From Octopus vulgaris (lineage: Eukaryota), in contig OX597815.1 in the NCBI GenBank assembly GCA_951406725.2, forward strand, positions 210,056,001 through 210,120,000: a stretch of DNA of 64,000 bases, read 5' to 3'. Every line of letters begins with the position of its first letter. Positions within the stretch are counted from its first letter, which is position 1. Of this stretch, positions 40,209 to 52,965 are shown piece after piece. Below the pieces are notes generated by a model. The model was not told the origin of the DNA and did no database searches. It saw only the letters and a list, made by a program, of their open reading frames with translations. Both the position numbers and the translations under genes were made by a program.

Positions 40209-40594
40209 TATTTTATAAATAAATATGGATGGTAAATCAAATTAATACACTTGCCAATGTTCACATGCATTCATATACTTGTACACGCATACACATACAC
40301 ACATATACTCACACAGAGTTGAAACGCTGTTTCCTTTTCCTTTTCGGCGTTGAATGTTCACCATCCCATTACCGAGTTTGCCATCACCCCTTCCTTTCTC
40401 ATTCATATGTTGTGACGGAGAAAGCCAAAAGAGTATTATTATAGTAGATAATTATAACGATTCTTTTAAATGCCATCAAGGCAACACGAGTTGGAATTGC
40501 AATGAGAAATTTAAAACAATTTTTTTATATATATCTCGTTTAATACAGAACATATAAACCCAAAGGATCAAACAAATGAATTATATGAATGCAT

Positions 40595-40986
40595 TACTCC
40601 TTTACTCCTTTACTTGTTTCCTGCGGCCATGCTGGAGCACCGCCTTTAGTCGACAAATCGACCCCTGGACTTATTCTTTTGTAAGCCCAGTACTTATTCT
40701 ATCGGTCTCTTTTGCCGAACTGCTAAGTGACGGGGACGTAAACACACCAGCATCGGTTGTCAAGCAATGCTAGGGGGACATACACAGACACACAAACATA
40801 TACACACACACATACATATATACATATATACGACGGGCTTCTTTCAGTTTCCGTCTACCAAATCCACTCACAAGGCATTGGTCGGCCCGGGGGTATAGCA
40901 GAAGACACTTGCCCAAGATGCCACGCAGTGGGACTGAACCCGGAACCATGTGGCAAGCTACTTACCACACAGCCACTCCTGCGCCT
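40595..40986 (-). mobile_element. SINE family A
   Basis: Match to consensus. Confidence 0.9.
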
Positions 40987-40990
40987 GTCT

Positions 40991-41090
40991 NNNNNNNNNN
41001 NNNNNNNNNNNNNNNNNNNNNNNNNNNNNNNNNNNNNNNNNNNNNNNNNNNNNNNNNNNNNNNNNNNNNNNNNNNNNNNNNNNNNNNNNN
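40991..41090. other. Assembly gap (100 N)
   Basis: N run with CGCCTGTCT on both sides. Confidence 1.
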
Positions 41091-41228
41091 CGCCTGTCTA
41101 TATTGTCATCTAAAGTAATCATCTGCAGGAGGACAAACAAGGAAGTCCCACATAAAAACACCAGATTTCTTCGACTGCTAATTACAAATTACCTCCTCGA
41201 TATTTCGTAAACGACTTAGACACATATC

Positions 41229-41635
41229 TCTTTACTCTTTTACTTGTTTCAGTCATTTGACTGCGGCCATGCTGGAGCACCGCCTTTAGTCGAGCAACTC
41301 GACCCCGGGACTTATTCTTTTGTAAGCCCAGTACTTATTCTATCGGTCTCTTTTGTCGAACCGCTAGGTAACGGGGACGTAAACACACCAGCATCGGTTG
41401 TCAAGCAATGTTAGGAGGTGAAACACAAACACACAAACACACACATACATATATATACATATACATATATACGACAAGCTTCTTTCAGTTTCCGTCTACC
41501 AAATCCACTCACAGGGCATGGGTCGGCTCGGGGCTATAGCAGAAGACACTTTCCCAAGATGCCACGCAGTGGGACTGAACCCGGAACCATGTGGTTGGTT
41601 AGCAAGCTACTTACCACACAGCCACTCCTGCGCCT
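41229..41635 (-). mobile_element. SINE family A
   Basis: Full-length match. Confidence 0.92.
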
Positions 41636-41834
41636 CACATATGCAGGGATTTCTCACAATCTTAGTCACCTTTTAAGAAATATACGGTTAGCTGGTAGGA
41701 GTATTGTAACAAACAAATTTTTATTTCCAGAATTCAAATATATCGATACTGAACTGATTATCCTTCCGCGATCAATTAAATAACTTATTCACATTATTTA
41801 CGTTATTTACATTTGGCGGATATTTGTCCTCATC

Positions 41835-41866
<32 letters not shown>

Positions 41867-41945
41867 CTCTCTCTCCCGCTTGTGTTAGCCTCGCATGGGA
41901 TTTAACTTGCACCGTTTGTCGAAACTGAACTTATTTAATTGACTT

Positions 41946-42154
41946 CTATATTTAAGAGATGAGGAATTATGTACATAATTTACATTGTTTACATTATTTA
42001 CATTTGACGGATATTTGTCTTCATCTTGTTTGTTGTTAACACAACATATCGGCTGATATACCCTCCAGCCTTCATTACGTGTCTTGGGGAAATTTCAAAC
42101 CTAGGTTCTCATTCCTAAGGTATTTTTCGATGTTGTTGTTGTTGTTATTATTAC

Positions 42155-42226
<72 letters not shown>

Positions 42227-42459
42227 CATTATTATTATCATTATTATTATTCAGGTCACTGCCTGGAATCGAACTCGGAAACTTGGGGATAAGAGCGGCG
42301 CGGGCTACTAACCCCAAGACACCTGATGAAGGCTGGAGAGTATATCAGTCGAAACGTTGTGTTAACAACAAACAAGATGAGGACAAATATCCGTCGAATG
42401 TAAATAATGTAAATAATGTAAATAATGTACATAGTTCCTCATCTCTTAAATATAGAACT
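41946..42459. mobile_element. tRNA-headed hammerhead element, inverted (head-to-head) composite
   Basis: Minus copy 41946-42289 (tail, dead HHR, (TAA)n, tRNA T-arm) plus a plus-strand copy 42290-42459 (tRNA anticodon arm, HHR, tail). Confidence 0.85.
42318..42363 (+). ncRNA. Minimal type I hammerhead ribozyme, intact
   Basis: GACAC-CTGATGA-A-GGCTG(gagagtatat)CAGTC-GAA-ACGT-T-GTGTT; canonical core, predicted GUU cleavage after 42358. Confidence 0.82.
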
Positions 42460-42970
42460 CAATTAAATAAGTTCAATTTCGACAAACGGTGTAAGGTAAA
42501 ACCGATGCGAAACAAACACAATCCAGATAGAAACTTACATAAAGAGAGAAGTAGAGAAAGCCAGAGAGAGAGAGACACACACACACATACACAAACACAC
42601 AAACACGTACACACACACGTATACACACACTCACACACACGTATACACACACTCACACACACAAACACATATACATATATACATTATAAGTGGATTTGTT
42701 AGGCGTAAACTTAAAGAAACCCGTCGTATATGTAGGTATATATATATATATATATATGTATATACACATGTGTGTGTGTTCTCAAAAAAATGAGAACACA
42801 TTCTTCGTGGTAATGGCGATTTGACGTCTATCTTTAGCATATAGGCTGTCCACTTTAGTGGTCAATCCTCTAAATTTTGTATGTAACACAATTCTTAACC
42901 TTCGGATTTTTTAAAATATGCTAAGCCACTGGTTTTCATCGATTAGTATCAATTTCTACCCTTATTTAAT

Positions 42971-43040
<70 letters not shown>

Positions 43041-43079
43041 TATATACATATATATATACATACATACATATATATATAT

Positions 43080-43268
43080 GTTTGTATGTCTGTGTTTGTC
43101 CCACCACCATTGCTTGACAACCGATGTTGGGGTGTTTTCGTCCCCGTAACTTAGCGGTTCGGCGAAACAGACCGATAGAATAAGTACTAGGCTTACAAAG
43201 AATAAGTCCTGGGTCGATTTGTTCGACTAAACGCCTCAAATAAAACAAATAAAATAATAAAAGAATAA
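43080..43268 (+). mobile_element. SINE family A 3' half
   Basis: TTGCTTGACAACCGATG..GGTTCGGC..GATAGAATAAGTACT. Confidence 0.85.
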
Positions 43269-43572
43269 ATAGATTGAGAGATAAGCACATACATATACAT
43301 ATACATACATATACTGTTCTGTCTGGGTGGAGTCATTCTCTTTTAGTGCCTTATAATTTAACACACACACCGGTAATTTTTCCACTCATTCACTTATTCA
43401 TTTTTCGAAAATTTTCGTTGCGTCATGCAACCTTTTCAATATTGAAAAGGTTGCAAGACGAACTCACGTAAAGATTCTTGCAAACCAAATCCCAAAACGA
43501 TATACATACATATAGATATATGTATATACTCACACACTCGTGTATACATTTAATAAGCATCACATAACAATT

Positions 43573-43877
43573 ATATATTTAAGAGATCAGGAATTATGTA
43601 CATTATTTATATTATTTATATTCGACGGGTATTTGTCCACATCTTGTTTGTTATTAACACAACGTTTCGGCTGATATACCTTCCAGCATTTTTCAGGTGT
43701 CTTGGGGAAATTTCGAACCTGGGTTCTTGAAAAATAACCTAGGAATGAGAACCCAGGTTCGAAATTTCCCCAAGACACCTGAAGAAGGCTGGAAGGTATA
43801 TCAGCCGAAACGCTGTGTTAACAACAAACAAGATGAGGATAAATATCCGTCGAATATAGATAGTGTAAATAATGTAT
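43573..43877. mobile_element. Headless inverted pair of the tRNA-hammerhead element; both HHRs mutated
   Basis: Minus arm core CTGAAAA (G8 lost); plus arm CTGAAGA..GAA-ACGC-T (U16.1 lost); junction at about 43727-43737. Confidence 0.85.
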
Positions 43878-43974
43878 CACCTAACAATATTCTACAAAGT
43901 TACATCTCTCAAAACTATTTCTAAATATTGTGTCTGAATTTTAATGCATTCCATTCATAGCTTGTAATTCTGAA

Positions 43975-44034
<60 letters not shown>

Positions 44035-44363
44035 TAATAAAAAGGAAAGCAAAACCAAGGCAGGACGAGCATCTCAAGTCATTTAAAATATTTAGAGTAT
44101 GGTGTATCAAAAGAGAAGAAGAAGTAATTAACGTCTTACTACTGTTTCAGAGATATTCCAGGTAATGGGTCAACACTCCCATACACTGGGTATTCTGTCA
44201 TTAGAGACAAGGTGTGTATGCAGAAAAATTCCAAATAGAGAATTCACAGTATATAGAAGAATAAAACTGTAGACAGAAGAATAAAGAGAGAAGAAGAAAA
44301 TTCACAGTTTATTTGGTTCTGGAGGGTATGGAGGTTTGTCCGTATTTCCGTGAAAGTAATATA

Positions 44364-44922
44364 TTGGGTTGTCCGGAAAGTTCGTGCCGATTTATAGTAG
44401 CTAGCTTCAGACTTATTTTAGAACATGGTTGAGTCCATAAAATAGGACTACACCTCCATTTAGAGCACAGTTTAAGCTATCTTTTCGTGGAAGAAGGTTT
44501 ATATTCCTATAACCTGTGTTAATTCTGTAACCCTTTAAAATGGAAGATAAGAAAATTCATTTTTGGCACTTGATGCTTTGGGAACCAAAAAAAGTTGCTG
44601 CAGCTCGGCTGGGATGTGTTACCCCACCCTCCACATTCACCAGATGTTGCTCCTTTGGATTTCCACTTAGTCAGGTCTCTGCAGAACAGTCTTAATGGTA
44701 AAAATTTCAATTACTTGGATGACGTAAAAAGGTAGCTTGATGAATTATCTGCCATGAAACCACCTCAAATCTAGAAAGAGGGTATTTTCAAGTTAAAGGA
44801 AAGATGGAGAAGCATTGTGCAACAAAATGGTTCATATCTGGTTGATTAAGAATGTAACGGCAAGTATTTATTGACCTTTTTCTTTCCTTTAAAAATCGGC
44901 AAGAACTTTCTGGACAATCCAA
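44364..44922 (+). mobile_element. Internally deleted mariner transposon
   Basis: TIRs TTGGGTTGTCCGGAAAGTTCGTGCCGATTT / AAATCGGCAAGAACTTTCTGGACAATCCAA, TA TSD; MEDKKIHF..|LGWDVLPHPPHSPDVAPLDFHL..GIFKLKERW. Confidence 0.93.
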
Positions 44923-45280
44923 TATATAGCATTTGTTGTGCGTTCTCAAATGAATATCTAAGAGTAATAGCTGCATTCTGATGAGAATTGAAGACATATA
45001 ACATTGACTGAGAGTGATTGTGAAATGTCCTCAATGCTCACCAGTGTCCAGGTATTCAAATGGGAGAGATTTATTTCAGAACTCACAAAAAATGCTACCA
45101 TCACTTCTCTCTATTTCTTAATAGCCACACTCACAAGGAATTCGTCACTGTCACAATTTTATTGCACATGCAAAAATAACTACATTAACTACATGCACAA
45201 GCACAAATGCACACTATATATATCGACATATATATATATATATATACACAATCGTCTAGTTTTTTATGTTGCATATATTT

Positions 45281-45712
45281 AAGGCAGCGAGCTGACAGAA
45301 ACGTTAGCACGCCGGGGGAAATGCGTAGTCGTATTTCGTCTGCCGTTACGTTCTTAGTTCAAATTCCGCCGAGGTCGAATTTGCCTTTCATCCTTTCGGG
45401 GTCGATTAAATAAGTACCAGTTACGCATTGGGGTCTATATAATTGACTTAATCCGTTTGTCTGTCCTTGTTTGTTCCCTCTGTGTGTCCTCTTGTAGGCA
45501 GCAAAGAAATAAGAAACTTTAACGTGCTGGGCAAAAAATCCTTAACTACAGTTTATTCGTTTCTATGTTAAGATTTCAAATTCTGCCGAGGTCGACTTTA
45601 CCTTTTATCCTTTCGGGGGCGATAAAATAAGCACCAGTTTGAGCACTGGAGTCCATATTATCAACTTAGCCACTCAACGAAGATATAACCCTGTGCCAAA
45701 ATTTGAAACCAA
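45281..45712 (+). mobile_element. SINE family C dimer (second unit diverged)
   Basis: Full unit to about 45513, then restart GAAAC.TTAACGTGCTGGGC..TTCAAATTCTGCCGAGGTCGACTTT. Confidence 0.85.
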
Positions 45713-46402
45713 TATTGCAAAAATTTATTTTTTTTATTATGCTTTCTATCCGTAGGTTAATCGATAATCGAATACCCTCCTATAATCGAAATTTTCCATT
45801 GAGCTAATTTTAGTTGTACCAATCTAGTTTGCTTTTTTGAAACAAAAACATAATATGCAAGTCAACAAATTTTCCTTAGATGTTAACCACAAAATAAATA
45901 GAAGTTACGGATTGTCTGTACACACCCAAAAACATTACTAATAAAATTTTACATATTAGTCTAGCGAATTTCTCAGTGTATGAAAATCCACTCAGTGACC
46001 TACACACAAGCTCTCATAGATTCTACTCCAGAAAAGCAGGACTATATAAAGAAAGAAGCTAAAACAAACTAGTTAATTGCGGTAATTCAAGCAAAGTAAT
46101 AATTCAAATTACACTACAATGAACCTATTTGTCACAATAAATACAGCAGACATGTCTGCGCTATAAATTAAAATGCTGGAACAGAATTCAACTGTAAAAT
46201 CTCTGAGACATTCTAGTGAGACAGGAAATTTGTTAATCGTGAAATGAACATAAAAGAACTCTTTCGGAAATTGAAAGAAAGTTGGTTTTCTCATCGAATT
46301 GACTTTACTTTCAGGTCACTTTTGTTGAGGAAAAGCTGATCATATTTACTTGAATCTTCAATGTAAGTTGCAAAATGAGAGGAAAATCACGGGTCTGGGA
46401 AT

Positions 46403-46705
46403 GTTTGTTTGTTCCTTCTCGAGCCATGCCTGGTTCTTAGGGCCAGTTTCCCGGTTTCTTTGGCGTATAGGTTCCCCACCTGGACGGGACGCCGGTCCGT
46501 CGCGGGTGAGCTGCAAGATGCAGAAAGAAAGAGTGAGAGAAAGTTGTGGCGAAAGAGTCAGCAGAAGTTCGCCATTACCTTCTGCCGTAGCCGCGTGGAG
46601 CTTAGGTGTTTAGCTCAGAAGCATAAACACCGTCCGATCTGAGATTCGAACCAACGATCCCTCGACCGCGAGTCCGCTGCTCTAACCACTAGGCCATGGG
46701 CCTCC
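46403..46705 (-). mobile_element. tRNA-derived SINE family E, full length
   Basis: Minus-strand head GGAGGCCCATGGCCTAGTGGTTAGAGC..GGTTCGAATC; tail ..GAAGGAACAAACAA. Confidence 0.88.
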
Positions 46706-47550
46706 GATCTGGGAACGTACAAAACGTCGATCCATAGTTTGTGACTATGCCTCAGGAAAATATTTTCATTAGAGTAAGTGTATCCCCCACCTAGTGACTG
46801 TCAGATTAAGTCCGCCAACTCCAGCTCTCACTACGCTGTTGCCCCCTTATTTGCACCATATGGTCGCGGTTCGCATGGCACCATTTCCATAGGTTTTAGG
46901 ATGGAAAAACTGGATTTGAATTTAACAGACTTAATTGTACCAAAATTCTGTGAGGCCAGTCTCAAGAAATGCGATATAATTAAAGATTTTCCTATAATTG
47001 AGACATCTCTCAACAGGTGTTCGGCTGGACATAGATTAATGTTTGTGTGGTTGTATGGACAGTAATGATAACATTTCCTTGGAATGACTGCTGACCTCTT
47101 AATTAATAATGAGGTGAAAATAAGGAATAGAAGCACCGTGAGCAATTCGGTTAAACCCTGTTCCACTCTACAGAATATACATTTACATACATACATCTGT
47201 ACACGCTCACATATATACATAAAGAGAGAGGGGGGAGACAGGTAGTTAGTTATATACACCACCATATCCATATACATATACTCATATATATGAGCATGTA
47301 TGTATGTTCGTCCTTGTATGTGTAACTAATGCTGACTAGGGAGAAAGCTATTCGTACTTTCACACACACTTTCGCACACTCATCTTTTTATCTTCTAGAT
47401 GAAACTGTAGTTAAATTTTATTCTTACGTTATATATTTGTTTTCATTTACCTGTCTCCGTTTACCCTTACAATTGCATTTTCTTTTTGTTCTCCCTCCAA
47501 ATATATACATATATATTTATTGAGAGAAATATTGATAGATATGCAGATAC

Positions 47551-47660
47551 TTCATCATCATTCATCATTGTTCGACCGTGGTCGAGACAATGGAATTTAC
47601 CATGCTATGCCAGACTTCACGGTCCATCATAGCATTACGGAGGTCCTGTTGCTGGATGCA
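47551..47660 (-). mobile_element. RTE LINE 3' terminal fragment
   Basis: Minus strand IQQQDLRNAMMDREVWHSMVNSIVSTTVEQ* plus (TGA)n tail. Confidence 0.7.
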
Positions 47661-47732
47661 GATACACAAGTACATATCTATACATACATGCATACATACA
47701 TGCATATGTGTGTCTGTATATATATATACATA

Positions 47733-47854
47733 CTTTATTTTAAGATCTTCGTTAATTCAGAATTCAGAAGATCTTAAAATAAAGCATATTACTCTACCAC
47801 TGGTATTTGAGTACTCTTTTTTCCACCTTGTTTCACATTTATGTGTTTACTCCG

Positions 47855-47856
<2 letters not shown>
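47733..47856 (+). mobile_element. Second copy of the 16248 PLE-like family, with short inverted end and no HHR
   Basis: CTTAAAATAAAGCATATTACTCTACCACTGG..TTTACTCCGGT identical to 16391-16474; sits in (TA)n. Confidence 0.85.
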
Positions 47857-47916
<60 letters not shown>

Positions 47917-48198
47917 CCGTTTTCGTTTCTCGTTGAGTTCTACGTCTCTGTTTTTTCTGTTGTAAAAAAATGGTTTTTCCGTTTTCGTTTCTCGTTGAGT
48001 TCTACGTCTAGTTGTGGTGTCCTGTACTCACGTATATATATTTATATATGCATGTATATATACATGTAGATGTAGGTACGTACATATATGTTTGTATGTA
48101 TGCATATATTTTACTTATTACACTATTGTTTGACAGCGCCCTCGCGTCGGTTCGATTCGATTCGTTCGCTTCGTTCCGTTCTTATTCTCCCAGTACTG

Positions 48199-48247
<49 letters not shown>

Positions 48248-48788
48248 TGTGTATGCATGTTTGTGTGTGCGTGCGTGTGTTTTATACATCGACAACTCGA
48301 CGGAGTTATGGATTTCTGCATGATCACATAGGCGTTTGTACAGATAAATATACATAAAGGGAGAGAGGGAACAAACTGACGGAGGGACTGTCAACCTCAG
48401 GAATTGCTACAATTAATAAGATGTCAGAGTGAAATTAAAAAAAATATATATAAATGAATAAATAGACACATACACACACTCACACACACACACATACATA
48501 TATCTTTGTGTATGCGAGTGGGTTTATGCGTGCGTATGTTTATACATATATTTGTGCCTTTCAGAGGGAGCGTGCGTATGAGTGTGTATCATGGTGATAT
48601 GCATGAATTTATGGCTTTTAATGTAGGGAGTAAAGAAAGAAATGAACAAAAATTACTCATAATTCATTATACGTAAAACCTATAAAAAAAGATAAAAATG
48701 AAGAAGTGAAGTAGAATAAGAAAAAGAAGAGCTGTATATCTACGTGTATATATGTGTGTATATATACATATATATATGTGTGTGTGTG

Positions 48789-48942
48789 TGGAGTGGCTGT
48801 GTGGTAACTAGCTTGCTTACCAACCACATAGTTCCGGGTTCAGCCCCACTGAGTGGTACCTTGGGCAAGTGTTTTCTACTACAGCTTCAGGCTGACCAAG
48901 GCCTTGTGAGTGGATTTGGTTGATGGAAACTGAAGGAAGCCC

Positions 48943-49007
<65 letters not shown>

Positions 49008-49575
49008 CATATATATATGTCTGTGTTAGTCCGCCCAACAACACTTGACAACAGATGCTGGTATGTTTATAGCACTAGCGGTTCGGCAAAAGAGATCGAT
49101 AGAATAAATATTAGGCTTACAAAGGATAAATCCTGTTGTCGATTTGCTCGACTAAAGGCGGTGCCCCAGCATGGCTGCAGTCAAATGGCTGAAACAAGTA
49201 AAAGAATAAAAGAATATATATATATTCTTTGTAAACATAGTACTTATTTTATCGGTTCTTCTGCCGAACTGCTAAGTTCCGGGGACGTAAACACGACATC
49301 GGTTATAGGCAATGACAGGGGGACAAACACTGACACAAAGACACACACATAAATATATATATATTCTGTTATTCTTTTATTTGTTTCAGTCATTTGACTG
49401 CTGCCATGCTACAGCAGCACCTTTTAGTCGAACAAATCGATCCCAGGGCTTATTCTTTGTAAGCCTAGTCCTTTTGGCATCGATATCTTTTGACGAAACG
49501 CTAAGTTACGGGGACGTAAGCACATAAACATCGGTTGTCAAGCGACGGTGGGTGTACAAACACAGACACACAAAC
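48789..49575. mobile_element. Cluster of diverged SINE family A copies (+ 48789-49213; - fragments 49225-49345 and 49372-49575)
   Basis: Matches to the family A consensus. Confidence 0.85.
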
Positions 49576-49976
49576 ATATCGATATACTCATATATATAGA
49601 TGAAAACCACAGGAGGTCCAGTAGGCCAACGGAATAATAATACTTCTTCTTCCCTATCAGATACAAACGCACACACACACACACACATACACACACACAC
49701 ACATACACACACACACATACACATACACACATGTTTTCTCTGTCTCACTTCCTCCTCACCCTTTTATACTGTCTTATTCCTCCCCACCACTACTACGAAA
49801 CTATAAAATGTTCAAATTACCCACAAGGAATTGATTTGATTTGAAAACCCCACTGGATTGGGAGAAAGCGCTAATCCGAATGATATGATCTGAATGATAT
49901 GATATATATGTAAAAAATGTAATATATAAGTAAATATCTATAAATATGAACCATCCGATCTGATTACCTCATTTTT

Positions 49977-50020
<44 letters not shown>

Positions 50021-50777
50021 ATATATAGGCGCAACAAATAGAATACATCCATAAAACCAGGCTGAAACAATGCATATCTCAAAAAGAAATTTCTCTAACA
50101 CGCAACAACCATCACAATCGCAACCAACCACACACATTAGTCGATGGAACCCTGGCAGGTCTTGCACCTAGGCAACTTAGACCCCACACGCATTCATCTA
50201 ACACTAGGTCAAAAAAGAAAACAACCAAAACAGATAGCAATAACAGGCCTCGCCTCCCACATACCTTCCCCCAAAATATAGATAGCACGCCTTTATCTAA
50301 TAACTTAGATAGCTCTACTCTTAGACCCCTAAAAAAAGTAACGGTCGCTCTATTTTGTGGTACACACCACCATTCTCACTTAACGTTAAGAATTTAGCTA
50401 GATCATTCTTTAGAATACTAGACTCTAACTTCTCTCGACAACATAAATAGCATTCTATCTTTAATCGATCCACTCTGAAACTATTTTATTCTAACTCACC
50501 CAACTCTGAATCTATTGTAGCAGCCTCTAATAAGCAAAAGCTCTCTCTTTACTATCAAACCTCACATAACCCCAACTCTAGTAATACGAACACTCAACAC
50601 ACACACAAAGCTACAGTACAATTACCCCTACATTAGACCACAACCACAACCCAACCCATCCTACTGACACTGCCTGGAGCACCAACACAATCTCTATCGT
50701 CCTTAGAAATAGTACAATTATTAACAACAATAGTAGTAATACCAACGATAGTAATGATAACGTTAATAATAATAATA

Positions 50778-50834
<57 letters not shown>

Positions 50835-51508
50835 TTAATAATAATAATAAATAATAACAACATAGAATCTTCCACCCCCTTCTATAATCTCTCCTCTGAC
50901 GATACTACCTCATCTATTACCGAACACGCTCCCCAAAATTCACTTAAATGTAATTGCCGTCCTGGAACAATCTGCCCGTTACAAACCCATTGTAGAAGAT
51001 ATAATGTAATTTACGGTCCTTAATTTGTTACATAACTCTACAGCCATATACATAGGATCAACCAAAAATTTTAAGCAACGATATGCCACTCACCTCCATT
51101 ATTTTAGATATGATAAATATAGTAAATCTACAATACTCGCCAACCACATACAGCCTCGCAAAAATACAAATATACCCTATACTCTATCATGGTCCATACT
51201 GGACTCTGGACTTCCCTACTGAGGTCAACGCTCAACCTGAAAACTTTGCCTTCAGGAGGTACTTCACATATTAAAGCCAACTCTCCAACATTGCTAAATA
51301 ATCGTAATGAGGCACTAAGTACATGCAACCACCGCTTTTTTCACACATTCAGATTCTATCACAAATCCAAATGCCTAAACGACCATACCGTACATTTCCA
51401 CAATACCTCTTAGGTAATCCCAATAACCTTATAAATCTACATTCTAACTCCTAATCCCTATCTAATTCCTCACTCATACTCGAATATCACAACCATCTAA
51501 TTATACTC

Positions 51509-51852
51509 GTTTGTATGTGCATCCATCCATGTATGCGTGTATACGTATGAGTGAGTGTATGCTATATGTATGTAGGTATGTATAAATGTACGTATGCATG
51601 CAAGGTATATTTACCCGCGTATATAGGGGTGATAATACATGCAGATGCACATACATGTGGGTGCGCATGTGTGCATATACATGCGTTTGTATGTGCATCC
51701 ATCTATGTATGCGTGTATATGTATGAGTGAGTGCATGCGTATATGTATATAAGTGGGTATGTGTAAAATGTACTTATGTATGCAAGGTATATATACCTAC
51801 ATATGCAGGGGCGATAATACATGCAGATGCGCATGAGCGCGTATACATGCGA
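51509..51852. repeat. 176-bp tandem duplication inside the PLE 3' region
   Basis: GTTTGTATGTGCATCCATC.ATGTATGCGTGTATA at 51509 and 51685. Confidence 0.85.
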
Positions 51853-51961
51853 ATATGATTTGCATGTGTAGATATTGATATGTATAAACATTTAAATAAA
51901 AATATTTGTACATGTCTAATGTATGCATATGTATACATCTTCACAAATATATTTTCTTATA

Positions 51962-52178
51962 TCTTTTTCTACTCAAGGCACAAGGCCCGAAATATTTGGG
52001 GAGGGGGCCAGTCGATTAGATCGACCTCAGTACGAAACTGGTACTTAATTTATCGACCCTGAAAGGATGAAAGGCAAAGTCGACCTTGGTGGAATTTGAA
52101 CTCAGAACAAAAAGACAGACGAAGTACAGCTCATATTTCGCCCGGCGTACCTAACGATTCTGCCAGCTCAACGCCTTC
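51962..52178 (-). mobile_element. SINE family C inserted in the PLE, with TSD
   Basis: TSD ATATTTTCTTATAT on both sides. Confidence 0.88.
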
Positions 52179-52856
52179 ATATTTTCTTATATTACTAAGC
52201 ACTGACCTGCAAACCATACAAATTCCTAAATTCGTTTCTCATTACTACTAACCTCCTCTCCCTGCCCCACTACTTACACTCTACCACTACACATTTATCA
52301 CTCCTTTACCTTTTATCACCCACCCATTCCTTCTATCTTTAATACCTTTCTCTCTCAATCACCCCTTATCACCCCACTCCTTCTTTCAAATTATCTCCAC
52401 TGACCATTAACTGGTACTTTAACCTTATTTTTCTTTTTTCTTTTCTTTTTCTTTCCTTTATTCCACTCCTGTTTTTTCTTAATTATTTTATTTTATTACT
52501 TTTCTTCTTACTTTCTTCTCCTTCTTCTCTCTCTTTTCTTTTTCTCTTTCTTTATTCCTCTCTTCCTGTTTTCGATTTGACCATACTAATACACTCCCTA
52601 TTTTTAGGTCACTTTAAAGAAAAACCTTTGATTCAAAAACACTGTGTATAGACCCGATACTTGGAAGGACCAATTATAAATACTGTTAGATTTTACTCAA
52701 AAAGTATTGGAATATTACATGTATACCATTTTGCCTGAAAAATGGATCTACAAATGCAATATCCCTACATATCTCACATCTATTTTCTTTCCTCCAACTC
52801 ACTCTCTATTTTGTATCGTATCTAAATTAACTATTACTTAACCATCCTCTCACACC

Positions 52857-52904
52857 GTCTCCGAAGAAGGGATATAATAAACATCCTGGAAACAGCTGTA
52901 AGAC
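52857..52904 (+). ncRNA. Minimal type I hammerhead motif in the PLE pseudo-LTR (U4C core)
   Basis: GTCT-CCGAAGA-A-GGGAT(ataataaac)ATCCT-G-GAA-ACAGCTGT-A-AGAC; palindromic stem III, GUA site. Confidence 0.75.
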
Positions 52905-52965
52905 CTTCTCTCTATAAATGCTCTAAAATCTACTCAGCCTTAGTTTTTTATCTCATTACGAACAA

